In this document: one piece after another, positions 49,846 through 64,000 of the stretch
How positions within the stretch are numbered: position 1 is the first letter of the stretch
How the letters are laid out: each line of letters starts with the position of its first letter
From: Macrostomum lignano
Taxonomy: Eukaryota
Length of the DNA: 64,000 nt
NCBI GenBank assembly: GCA_002269645.1
Contig: NIVC01002700.1
Location: 17,505 to 81,504, forward strand
Direction of reading: 5' to 3'
Translations under genes and position numbers: made by a program
Notes under the pieces: generated by a model
What the model was told of the DNA's origin: nothing
What the model saw: the letters and a program-made list of their open reading frames with translations, nothing else
Databases searched by the model: none

Positions 49846-52800
49846 TAAACAGTAAACATTCAAAACAACTGACACTATACTACATTGCAAAGCTTGCTTA
49901 CTAACAAGATTAAACAATATAATAGTTTATTATTTGCTACCATACTAAAAGTAAAAGCTCATTTATATTAAATTAAGTCAACTAAATATCTAAAGAAAAA
50001 AACAAAAATAGCATGCTTATGCACTAGGCACTATATAATATTTTATTCACACTCAATTTATACTAGGGATATTAAACTCAGGGAGCTCTTCCTAAGGACC
50101 TCAAAAGATTTTGGGGTTTTGACCTTAGGGTTTTAGGCAATTAGAGAAAATAATTGAATTAAAAGTCTATCTGTTTTGAGAAGTTTTTAAATAAAATTCA
50201 ATATAATAATTATAATTGTGGCAAAGAATATATTGTTGTTGGTGTGACTTTAACAAAAGTGCTTTTAAAATTCAATGATGACACTATCAAAGCTGACTGT
50301 GCTATATGGGTATTTCAATTGCTAATAGTAGCATCTATGAGTTTCAAGTTGCCTAAAAACTATGATCTAAATATTGTTGCAATTATGCCTGACAAAATTT
50401 GTATAGCAGATATAGAAAAACAGATAGGCACTAAAATAGACAAACAGACAGACAAGCAGGCAAGCAGGTAGATAGATGTTTAGGCAATTAGGAAGATAGC
50501 CAAGCAGACAAGCAAATAAGTATTTAGGTTGTCAAACAACAAGATAGCAAATAAGCAATTTGTCATATTACAATTTTTCAAAGTGGCATTTAGAATTTTA
50601 GTTGCATTTTTACTTTTTATACTTTTTCTACCAGTGAGTTTTATACTCTATATACATAATATTCTTATTGTATAAGCAGTTATAAGTATACATAGGTCTA
50701 GTGAATTATAATTAGAGTATATATAGTCAACTTGTTATATTATATGTAGGCCTTATAGCTTTTCTAGTCTAGAACTTTAAATAAATTTATTCTTTGCTGG
50801 AGACTCTAGTGACTCTAGGGTTTTGCCAAAAAATTATATGTCCCTAAGCTAAGGTGCAACTTGCTTAAGGCTTAAGCTTAGCTTAGGGAATTGAGATCTC
50901 TACTTAATACCTTATTCAATTGATAAAGTTATAAGCCTATAGCCAAGCAATAATTAACTTGAACCAATAGCTTAACCTTAATTTTTTATAAGTATATAGA
51001 CCTTAACCCTATGGAGATACCATGACATCTTAACATTCTAATTGGCATCTTGATTTTTTTATCCAAAATACTAAATTGGCCTCTCTTTTCTATTTTTTTT
51101 ATTTTAAACTATTTTATACACTTGCTAGTTTCTAAGAGTAGGGCCTAGTAAATGGTCATGAGACATGATGAGGCAAAATTACAAAGCCTAGGTCCTAGCC
51201 TCTTAGATAATAAGTCCATATGTATTTGATTTAGAAATGAAAATAATAAACCTATACTTAGAGATAGAAGTAAGAATTAGTAAAAAAACCCAAGGCAGAG
51301 AACAGACAAAGAACTAACAGACAGAGATAGGCCTAATCACAACCAACAATAATATTATTTATATTGCTCATAATATAACTATAAACTAATATATATTTAA
51401 TATAAACTAGAAGTTACTAAAAGAGAAGCCTAAATTAAACCTATATTAGTAAAGCAAAAATTGAATCGGTATATTTTAAACCGAATAGAACTGCCATTGA
51501 AGCTAACTTCATCATAGAGTTAAATTTGGCTCAAAGTAGTCAGAAAGGTATGCACGGCAGGCAGGCCTAGTTAGAAATAGGTAACTTATTAAATGTGTGC
51601 TGTTAGAGAATAGTGTTATTATATTAATTTATGAAATTATTAATTTACCGCGCGATCTACTCAACTGGAATATTACATAACAATCCCAATCACAGACAGA
51701 GTCATAATACAAATGATCGAAGTACTTAAGACGACGCGGGCCCGGACCTGACTTGATGTTGAAAATCTTAGAAATTGAAAAGCCATTAAACAATAAGTTT
51801 AAAAGGTAATATTTTTGACAAAAATTTTTTTAGATTTTAATACAATAATTTCTTTTCGAGCTAATGTTATATATAAACTTTCATACTATAAAACAGTATA
51901 TCAGATTTATCTTCGTTTAAATGTTTATTCAGTAATATGCTCGTAAAAAATCGAAATTTCTTAGTTGTAGTAGTAGTAGTAGTAAATTTGGCTCAGGCTT
52001 AAGGAGCCTGTTATGCCAGTATGAACCGATTTATTTAGTATTTATTCAAAAGGTTAAATTTTACACGGTCGCTGAAAACGAGTACTACACGATATTTGTA
52101 TTAAGTAAGGTATTTGAAAGGGCGTCAAGAATTTTTTACGGTTTTTTCTTAACATTCTCACGATGATATTTAAATATTTTAGGCCGATATAATACCTTTT
52201 TGCTTCTTATTTGGTTTTTACTGCGTCCAATTTGGTGCGGTGCAAGAGCGCCCAACAGAATTCATGTTTACCAAATAAGAACTGAAATTCGTCAGGCAAT
52301 TGGAATTGGTTTTTCGCTATTGCCTATTAATTTGGTTAATTTCAAACTCCAAACCACCTCTTACGTACAGCATGCATTCACGATCCACTCTCTGTTCAAC
52401 AGACTAGTTTTAGCACAGAAAATATCGAACGTTATGACACACAGACGTAATCTTTTAAAGTCGTCCTTGTTGTTGTAGATGGAATGCCGTCGACAGCCGA
52501 AGGATTGAAAAAGACGCAGCCGCGCGGTCACTAGCTTTCCTTTTGGCCATAGACAATTACTTTTCTCGCAAGTCTGCTTGTCATGCTATAGTTTCAAAGA
52601 TGTTTGGGGTGATTATCTTTTCTGGATGGGGATTTACCGCTTAATTGGTTCCTGCAAAGAATTGGTCGAGTACCGCGATGGCTGCAAAAGGAAATTAGCT
52701 ATACTGACGGAAATCGGCTCAATTTCTAATCCCTGATCATTGGAATTTTATCTTTAACATTCGATATTCTATGTTTTAGCGTATAATCCGCCCTATGACA

Positions 52801-53604
52801 TTCCAAGAGTTGCCTCTATATTGCCAGCTCGCTAATATACGAAGCGAACATACTAGCCTTCTACTAGGTAGGCCCGGCCTTCACTTTACAGAAGGTTATT
52901 ATGCCATATACAAATTATAGATTTTTAATACATGTATATGCTGGATTAAAGAAACCTTAACCATGCCCATCGGCCAGCTATGACCCAAAATTTTCTCATC
53001 AGTTAAAAATTAAAAAAATTGATTTCCCGTTTGTTGTCTGTCGACTATGGTTCTCTATGTTTTGTTTGTGAAAAATATCCCTGCAGCACGCTGCACTTCA
53101 GACTGCTGACGCGGCCACGTACCAATGTGATGAATAAAAAACAAAAAGTAACGAAAAATGTTAAACCAGCGATAAAGATTCCATGCATTTTAACTTTAAA
53201 TGTTTGGTTTTAGGATTTAATTTTGCATTTTATGCTGCCAAAACAATTGCAAACATACCATTTTAGCAAGACACAAATGCGAAATAAATTTTTTTCTCAG
53301 TATTTTAATTGCTACAGAGGTGAATTGAAATCGGAATCCAACTACGAAGCTTCATTAATTTTGTATTTTCAGACAGCTGCTTTAGCTCAGCAAATTATTT
53401 GTCTGGTATTCCTTATCAAAACAAGTCATTTCGAGATATATGCTAATGAATTCGTATATGCAAACAAGGTTTTTTTATAATTTACATGCTTTATTACGCG
53501 TATAACGAGTTTGGTTTTACTGTTTGGTTTTACTTGCAAATGTCTAATAAATAATGTAGCATGAAGATAGTTTTAAGAATTGCCTGAAAAATGGTTAGCT
53601 AATA

Positions 53605-56600
53605 TTAGCAGTCAATCCAGACTGCAGGCAATACAATCGCGATGAAACCGATCCAGAGGTGAAAAATCCAGCAGACAGCTGTTGAAACTCCGTTAACTGG
53701 ACCAGCGGACGTCGTTGACGACGCCAGACTCGAATACCAATTGGGTTGAGGACAGTCAGCCTCCCAGCCCACTGTGACATTGTTCCTGGCGTTTTCTGCC
53801 CGTATCAGGGTGTACAACGGCTCAAAATAATCAAGCAGTGGCTGGGCGCTGATGTGCCTGACTCCGCTAATTTCAAATAAGGTGTCTTCCCAATGCTCAG
53901 ATGATCCTTTTGACAGCAGAGCTCTGAAAAAAATCGAGAAGTAATATACGTGTTTACATTCTGTCCTAACTTTTTCATTTCATCAACAGTGTCCACGATT
54001 GGGAATCCAGAAACGATCTTTAAATTCAGCGGCCCAGGCTCGATTCCAAGTGCAGTCGCATTAATTTGGGGCAGAATTGGAATCTCTGCTCGGCTCGGGC
54101 CAAACCCCTAAGGCTCAGTGAACTGTACATGCCCAGGGGCGTCGCCATGGATTGTATGGTAGAGAGGGGACAAAGCCAAGAATTCAACATGTACACGACT
54201 AAATTTTGGCACTCATTTTGGCGCCGCAGGCATTCCTTTTATCGTCGCAGGCACTCATTTTAGCGCCGAATGCGCTATATTTTGGCGCCCTGAAGAAAAG
54301 TTATTAATTACTACAACGACTGACAAAGTGGGGTGGGGGGGGACAAAGTATTGGGACATGTCCCCCCTGTCCCCCCCCCAGGTGGCGACGCGCCTGTACA
54401 TGTCTAACAATGAAATAAAGTTAGGGCCGCTGTACACTCCTGTGTGAGTGTGTGCCTGTGCGTATGACAGCGTACGTATCCGCGCGCTTGTGTCCCTGCT
54501 CAGGGGAGTCTGCGGAATGGGCAGCAATGCCTCTCGCCGGTTATGTGACAATGCCGCTTAAAGTGCGCCCAAGGTGCACACAGCCCCCTGCTTGTCAGGA
54601 CTGAGTAATCTTTGTTTATGCATCATAAAGCATTCACGCATGCAGTATAAAAGACTTTAACACTTAATCCTTACTTCAGTTTCGCACCGGCCGCTGAGCT
54701 ATTGTAAATGCAGCATTTATGCAAATTTTCTGTAACTCCAGCAGCGTTGCAGAGCGACTTGTGAAATTGGAACGTCAGTAGAGTGCTGACAAAGTACCTG
54801 GAAATGATACGATTGAGTATAACGATTGAGTATAGTCAATCTTCTTACATAGTAGGATGAACAGAAAGATTGAGAGAAAAATAAAACAAATAGACTACCT
54901 CATGTACTCCACATCAGCCACCACGTGATAAATGGACCCCGGATCGAAGTCCTCTTCCGATCGCAACACCGGACTGGAAAGCCCCATCAGGCGGCATCGC
55001 AGGTTCACCCACTCAGCATTCCAGCGGTGCTGGGGCACCTCGTCTTTGAACAGCTTGTACCGATAATGATCCACCAGGTAGCTTTGAGGCAGAATAGCGA
55101 TCTCTTTCAAAGCCACCAGGTAAAGCAAATTAGCATAGAACTCTTTGGACTTGTTGCCGGCTTTGAGCAGTCCTATCATTCTCAGATAACTCGGCGTCAT
55201 TACCGACAGCGCAATGGTGTCTCCGATGGCCTCGTGGAAGCCGGGGTTGCCGCCTCTGCGAAACACAACGTTCTGGTGCTCGTACTGCATAAAATATTGC
55301 ACGTGACCCATTTCATGGTGCGTCACAGTGAGGAAGTGGACGTCAACCGAGGTGCACTGCCTGATTCGAAAGTCGCCTCGGTTTGTGTAGAAATCCCAGG
55401 CAGAGGCCTGGCACAGAATCTCAGATCGGCCAGGCGGTTTCTCCATCATGGACTTCTCCCAGAAGGTGTCGGTCATTTTGCCCAAGCCTAGCGAAGCGAA
55501 AAACTTTTCGCTAACCTCAAATATTCGTTTCACTGTCCAGTTCTGCATTAAGGGTAGGTAGAGTCGAGGTCGTATTGTACGCTTGTTTATTTTCTAAATT
55601 ATTTGGTATTTTACAGCCAGTAAACATTGACTCATGTTTGGCCTCTTTTTCCTTCTGCATGGATAGCAACTCACACCTCAGCAAATCCGATCAGTCTATT
55701 CACCCTGCCCCAACAAGATTCCCTGGTATCCTAGGGATTTCCTGAATCTTCCTTGCAAACCAGGTCACTCATAGAAGCCTAGATCCCCATAGCAAACCTA
55801 GGTCCCCATTTTAGTCGGAGGCAAGGGCTGTGTGCACCCTGGCTGTGCACACAAATTGTCGCACAACCGGCGAGAGGCATTGCTGCTCATTCCGCGGCCG
55901 ACTCCCCTGAGCAGGCACACAAGCGCGCGGATACGTACGCAGTCATACGCACAGGCATACACTCACACAGGAGTGTACAGCGGCCCCAACTTTATTTATC
56001 GTTAGACATGTACACTTCAATGTGCCTTGGGGTTGGCCCTCATGATTACAATTCCAAATTTAGCCCCAAAATGAATGTTACGAGCTACTGCACTTGGAAT
56101 CGAGCCTGAGCCGCTGGCGCTAGACCACTAGGTTGCGCCTCCACCTAGATCGCATAGCAACCCAGATCCCATTATCCCAATAGCAACCCAGATCCCCATT
56201 ACAACCCAGATCTCCATAATAACCCAGATCCTCATAGCAACTCAAATACAACTGGCAAACCAAATCATAACAACTCAGATCCTTATAGCAATCCAGATCC
56301 CCATAGCAACTCAGATCCCCATAGCAACCCAGATCCCCATAGCAACTCAGATCCCCATAGCAACTCAGATCCCCATAGCAACTCAGACCCCCATAGCAAC
56401 CCAGATCACCATAGCAACTCAGATCCCCATAGCAACCCAGATCCTCTTAGCAATTCCCAGATCCCCATAGCAACCCAGATCCTCATGGCAATTCCCAGAT
56501 CCCCAAAGCAACCCAGATCCCTAGAGCAACTCAGATCCCCATAGCAACCCAGATCCTCATAGCAATTCCCAGATCCCCATAGCAACTCGGATCCTTATAG

Positions 56601-59556
56601 CAATCCAGATCCCCGTAGCAACCCAGATCACCATAGCAACTCAGATCCCCATAGCAACCCAGATCCTCATAGCAATTCCCAGATCCCCATAGCAACCCAG
56701 ATCCCTAGAGCAACTCAGATCCCCATAGCAACCCAGATCCTCATAGCAATTCCCAGATCCCCAAAGCAACCCAGATCCCTAGAGCAACTCAGATCCTCAT
56801 AGTAACCCAGAACTCTCCTAGATTCCTTAAGAAACCCTGATGCAGGCGCTGCTGTACAAGGCTCTTCTCACCTGCTCCTTCATTTCCCGAGTAATATCAA
56901 TCTTGGGCTCGTCAGGAAACGGCTGACTGATAGAAATCAAATCACTCCACCTGGCGCCGCTCATGTGGCCCAGAATGTGTGCCGGGATGTGGCCGGTTGG
57001 CGGGAAGATCTCCTCACCGTATCGCTTCTTGAGCGCGTGCCTGACATAGGCATGCAGCTCTTTGTAGAGCGGCATCACAGCTAGCAGCAGGTCTGACATG
57101 AGCTTCTCAAAGTCCTGCCCAGGTTTTGGCTCATAACTCGACTGCCAGTATTGGGCGTAGTTGTCGAATCCGGCCTCAACCGACAGTTCTCTTGTTAGCT
57201 CCACGTACTGCTGGTACGCCTGTCTCACTCGCCTACCCGTGGCATCTTGCCATCGTGTCCACAGGAGTCGTTTGGCCTCTTCTGACACTTGGACATCGCT
57301 CATCAGATTGCTCACGTCTGGTGCAGGAGGATCGGAGAAAGTGATCGACATTTAGTTCGCAACCCTCAGCCAGTCGCCTTTGATACTTCAGTAGCTAGTC
57401 CTTGATACTTCAGTAGCAAATCCTTGATACTTCAGTAGCTAGTCCTTGATACTTCAGTAGCTAGTCCTTGATACTTCAATAGCTAATCCTTGATACTTCA
57501 GTAGCTAGTCCTTGATACTTCAGTAGCAAATCCTTGATACTTCAGTAGCTAATCCTTGATACTTCAGTAGCTAGTCCTTGATACTTCAATAGCTAATCCT
57601 TGATACTTCAGTAGCTAATCCTTGATACTTCAGTAGCTAGTCCTTGATACTTCAGTAGCTAGTCCTTGATACTTCAATAGCTAATCCTTGATACTTCAGT
57701 AGCTAGTCCTTGATACTTCAGTAGCAAATCCTTGATACTTCAGTAGCTAATCCTTGATACTTCAGTAGCTAGTCCTTGATACTTCAGTAGCTAATCCTTG
57801 ATACTTCAGTAGCTAATCCTTGATACTTCAGTAGCTAGTCCTTGATACTTCAGTAGCAAATCCTTGATACTTCAGTAGCTAATCCTTGATACTTCAGTAG
57901 CTAGTCCTTGATACTTCAGTAGCAAATCCTTGATACTTCAGTAGCTAATCCTTGATACTTCAGTAGCTAGTCCTTGATACTTCAGTAGCTAATCCTTGAT
58001 ACTTTAGTAGCAAATCCTTGATACTTCAGTAGCTAGTCCTTGATACTTCAGTAGCTAGTCCTTGATACTTCAGTAGCTAGTCCTTGATACTTCAGTAGCT
58101 AATCCTTGATACTTCAGTAGCTAATCCTTGATACTTCAGTAGCTAATCCTTGATAATTCTGAAGCTAATAAAGGCTTATGTGTTTTAAGAATAATTCTAG
58201 GCTACTCGTACCTATGCAGCCTCCGATGCTTAACCTGAGTCCATAATACCTGCATTAATTAATTATTAGATATAAAAATATTCTATTACTTAACGAATTC
58301 GTATCTTACTAGGTGAATAAGGAATCTTTTGCTTCGTGCTTGGATCTTCAACTGTCGCCAATCGGTAGACATTTGACATTTGGGAGATCAGCTTGTTGCG
58401 CTGAAAATGCGTGCGGTTGACCGGCTTTGATAGGAATGGTGGAAGAAAAGGAATCTCGGGAAGGGGAATCTCGGGAGGGGGAATCTCGGGAAGGGGAATC
58501 TCGGGAGGGGGAATCTCGGGAGGGGAATCTCGGGAAGGGGAATCTCGAGTAGGGGAATCTCGAGAAGGGGAATCTCAATTAGGGAATCTCCATTAAGGGA
58601 ATTTCTAATAGGGAATCTCGGGTAGGGAATCTGGCGTAGGGAATCTCAGGAAGGGAATCTTAGGCAGAAATTCTCGGGAAGGGAATCTTGGGAGAGAAAT
58701 CTTGGGTAGGGAATCTCAGGAAGAAAATCTCGGGAAAGAGAATCTTGGAAAGGGGAATCTCGGGAACGGGAATCTCGGGAAGGGGAATCTCGGGAAGGGG
58801 AATCTCGAGCAGGGGAATCTCGGGAAGGGGAATCTCGGGAAGGGGAATCTCGGGCAGGGGAATCTCGGGAAGGGGAATCTCGGGAAGGGGAATCTCGGGC
58901 AGGGGAATCTCGGGAAGGGGAATCTCAGGAAGGGGAATCTCGGGAAGGGGAATCTCGGGAAGGGGAATCTCGGGAAGGGGAATCTCGGGCAGGGGAATCT
59001 CGGGAAGGGAATCTCAGGAAGGGGAATCTCGGGAAGGGAATCTCGAGCAGGGGAATCTCGGGAAGGGGAATCTTGGGAAGGGGAATCTCGGGCAGAGGAA
59101 TCTCTGGTATTGAGTCTCGGGAAGGGAATCTTAAGAGGGGAATCTTGGGCAGGGAATCTCGGAAATTTCAACATGATTTATGACAGTCTGAGATCTCACG
59201 AGCGTTCGTTTTTCCGTATCGTTCAGAACAGAGAAGCCAATGTCGGCCGCCTTGGAGAACAATCGTCTCAAGGTTTCATTCCGAAAATTGCGCCAATCAA
59301 ACAGCTGATCCATTTCTAATCGCTTCATGCGGCGGAATTCTCCGTAATCCGTCAAATTCTCGGCCTTCTCACTCTGGTTGCCAGGACTCAAGCCTACTTG
59401 AGCAGTCCAAGCTGCTTCGTGCATTGCTGTCAGATATTTTCTGTAAATCTCAGTGAAATCTTTCAGCCAAATTCTGGCTTCGGTTTCATTTCTGCTGCGA
59501 CCGCACAGAGCAGTGGAAGCCAACAAAAGCAGGCATATTGGGGTGAAGAAATGCAT
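53605..59556 (-). CDS. ACE: Angiotensin-converting-enzyme-like M2 zinc metallopeptidase, single domain, about 659 aa (copy A). Exons 59556-59200, 58400-58310, 57317-56872, 55542-54899, 54797-54675, 53923-53605
   Basis: Signal peptide [19 protein letters not shown]; HHEMGH zinc motif; GFHEAIGD third ligand; [11 protein letters not shown]|YFVS; all six exons join in frame (1980 nt); hydrophobic C-terminus. Confidence 0.95.
54027..54590 (+). mobile_element. tRNA-like SINE family copy A (5'-truncated, interrupted by MITE)
   Basis: Reverse-complement match (about 85-90% by eye) to 55820-56140; retains B-box-like GGCTCGATTCC. Confidence 0.65.
54134..54396. mobile_element. hAT-like MITE, 263 bp, nested in a SINE-like element
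   Basis: TIR CAGGGGCGTCGCCA...TGGCGACGCGCCTG (13/14); 8-bp TSD TACATGCC/TACATGTC; internal repeated ttttggcgcc motifs; empty site present in the sister element near 56010. Confidence 0.85.
55820..56140 (-). mobile_element. tRNA-like SINE family copy B
   Basis: Head GGCGCAACCTAGTGGTCTAGCGCC...GGCTCGATTCC resembles Pol III A and B boxes; body shared with copy A. The repeat pair is directly visible; the SINE assignment is inference. Confidence 0.65.
56150..56810. repeat. ~19-21 bp minisatellite (tagcaactcagatccccca-like)
   Basis: ACE copy A intron 3. Confidence 0.9.
57380..58160. repeat. 22-bp minisatellite (tccttgatacttcagtagcta[g/a])
   Basis: ACE copy A intron 2. Confidence 0.96.
58450..59160. 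repeat. ~15-bp G-rich minisatellite (ggggaatctcgggaa)
   Basis: ACE copy A intron 1; related array at 63010-63550. Confidence 0.93.
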
Positions 59557-60288
59557 GCTTTTGTGCAGGGGATATTCAGGTCAAAACAGCCCTTGTTCTG
59601 CTTGATTTTTCAAACTTTGCCTTTTTATCTTCTTGCCATTTTGTTGGGGGCTTTCTGTGTTTTCCATTTGCAGTTGGGACACCACCCCCCAGATGAAGAG
59701 CTGAAGAAGATTGTTTGGCAATCAGCCCCCAACCCCCATGCAGCAATTAACCTGATGCGCCACTCACACCTGCCTCTAAAAGCTCGGAGTGGCCCAACAG
59801 TTCACTTGCGCAGTTGTAAAACTGTTCTGCATTCCTGACCGAAAACTGGCGGTCTATTTGGGAGCCTGATGGCCTGTTCAGCCTCCATGATGAAGTAAAT
59901 AAATAGGATTGAGGATATTTGTGCCGCATCAGCTTTCACCGAATTTCTCTGATGGATTCATGATGCTTAATGGGAACTGTCTGACTGACTAACTGACTGA
60001 CTGACTAACTGACTGACTGACTGACTGACTGACTTGTCTGACTGACTGACTGGCTGACTGACTGACTGACTGACTTGTCTGACTGACTGACTGGCTGACT
60101 GGCTGACTGACTGACTGACTGACTGACTGACTGACTGACTGACTGGCTGACTGGCTGACTGACTGACTGACTGACTGACTGACTGGCTGACTGACTGACT
60201 GACTGACTGACTGACTGACTGACTGACTGACTGACTGACTGACTGACTGATTGACTGACTGACTGACTGACTGACTGACTGACTGACT

Positions 60289-60331
<43 letters not shown>

Positions 60332-60564
60332 TGACTGATTCCAAATGGCTTACATGTAGCAGTTTGGCTGCACGTTGCACAGTAACGTTGCACAGGCCGC
60401 ACTGCAATCAAGTCACGTGGTCTGATTGCACAAGATAGCCCGCCGCGCGCAAAAAATTTCCAGGTTTATCTAAATTCGCAGGTATTTAAAGCCAACTAAT
60501 ATGGCGTTGTTGGAACAGAAAATTTCTAACTCGTGTGTGAAATTTGCCTCTCAAAGTGAAAGTA
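59557..60564. promoter_or_regulatory. Putative shared/bidirectional promoter region between divergent ACE paralogs
   Basis: About 1 kb between the two ATGs; TATA-like TATTTAAA at ~60483-60490 upstream of copy B; contains a (GACT)n tract. Inferred from gene geometry. Confidence 0.45.
59980..60340. repeat. (GACT)n microsatellite
   Basis: Between the ACE genes. Confidence 0.95.
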
Positions 60565-63764
<3,200 letters not shown>

Positions 63765-64000
63765 GCGAGTTCAGGTGGCTTTATTATGGCTTTAAACAAT
63801 AAATTTGGCGCCAATTTGAAACACAAAATTGTACGTTAATTGCATGTGCAACTTAAAAAATATGTTTTAAGACATTACTGCCGCATTACATGACATTCAT
63901 GTCTCATAATATTCGATGTTAATTGTGAGAATAATTCTGCTAGAAACTTGGCTCATGCAAGAATTGAGTAATAAAATAGCCAGGTTTCGTGTGTCGTTGC

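Noticed and set aside
52470-52535. ttgtAG followed by a short GC-rich open stretch on the plus strand
   Set aside because: No partner exons or start found; may be chance or a UTR of an unseen transcript.
56096-56140. tRNA gene
   Set aside because: A/B-box-like motifs are too close together and no cloverleaf can be drawn; treated as a SINE head instead.
58212-58249. AG...GT-bounded segment in ACE-A intron 2
   Set aside because: 38 nt, not a multiple of 3, in-frame TAA, and no counterpart in the paralog.
58688-59319. GISGR/GNLGK and similar collagen-like repeat ORFs (also 62978..63763)
   Set aside because: G-rich intronic satellites within ACE introns.

Overview
Eukaryotic (animal) genomic DNA. 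GC-rich exons are separated by introns that each carry a different mini/microsatellite; the style resembles a free-living flatworm such as Macrostomum (inference only). Four spliced protein-coding genes were reconstructed by hand from GT/GC-AG boundaries and reading-frame continuity. (1) 3' part of an uncharacterised charged coiled-coil gene (+, <3..3836). (2) A complete plasma-membrane Ca2+-ATPase (PMCA/ATP2B; -, 40657 to 6180) with 13 core exons, 2-3 frame-preserving micro-exons in the A-site loop, and at least three alternative last exons that swap the second half of the calmodulin-binding domain. (3, 4) A head-to-head pair of single-domain ACE-like (M2) zinc metallopeptidases (-, 59556..53605 intact; +, 60565..>63764 with four apparent 1-nt deletions, incomplete at the window end). 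Most long ORFs in the supplied track are artefacts of tandem repeats. Most notable: an intron found in only one ACE paralog whose two junctions are copies of the same exonic sequence (intron gain by tandem duplication); a remodelled C-terminal-carboxylate pocket in both ACEs; and four independent cases of inverted repeat pairs bracketing exons. Two MITEs with TSDs and a tRNA-like SINE pair are also present. No rRNA, intact tRNA or CRISPR was found.
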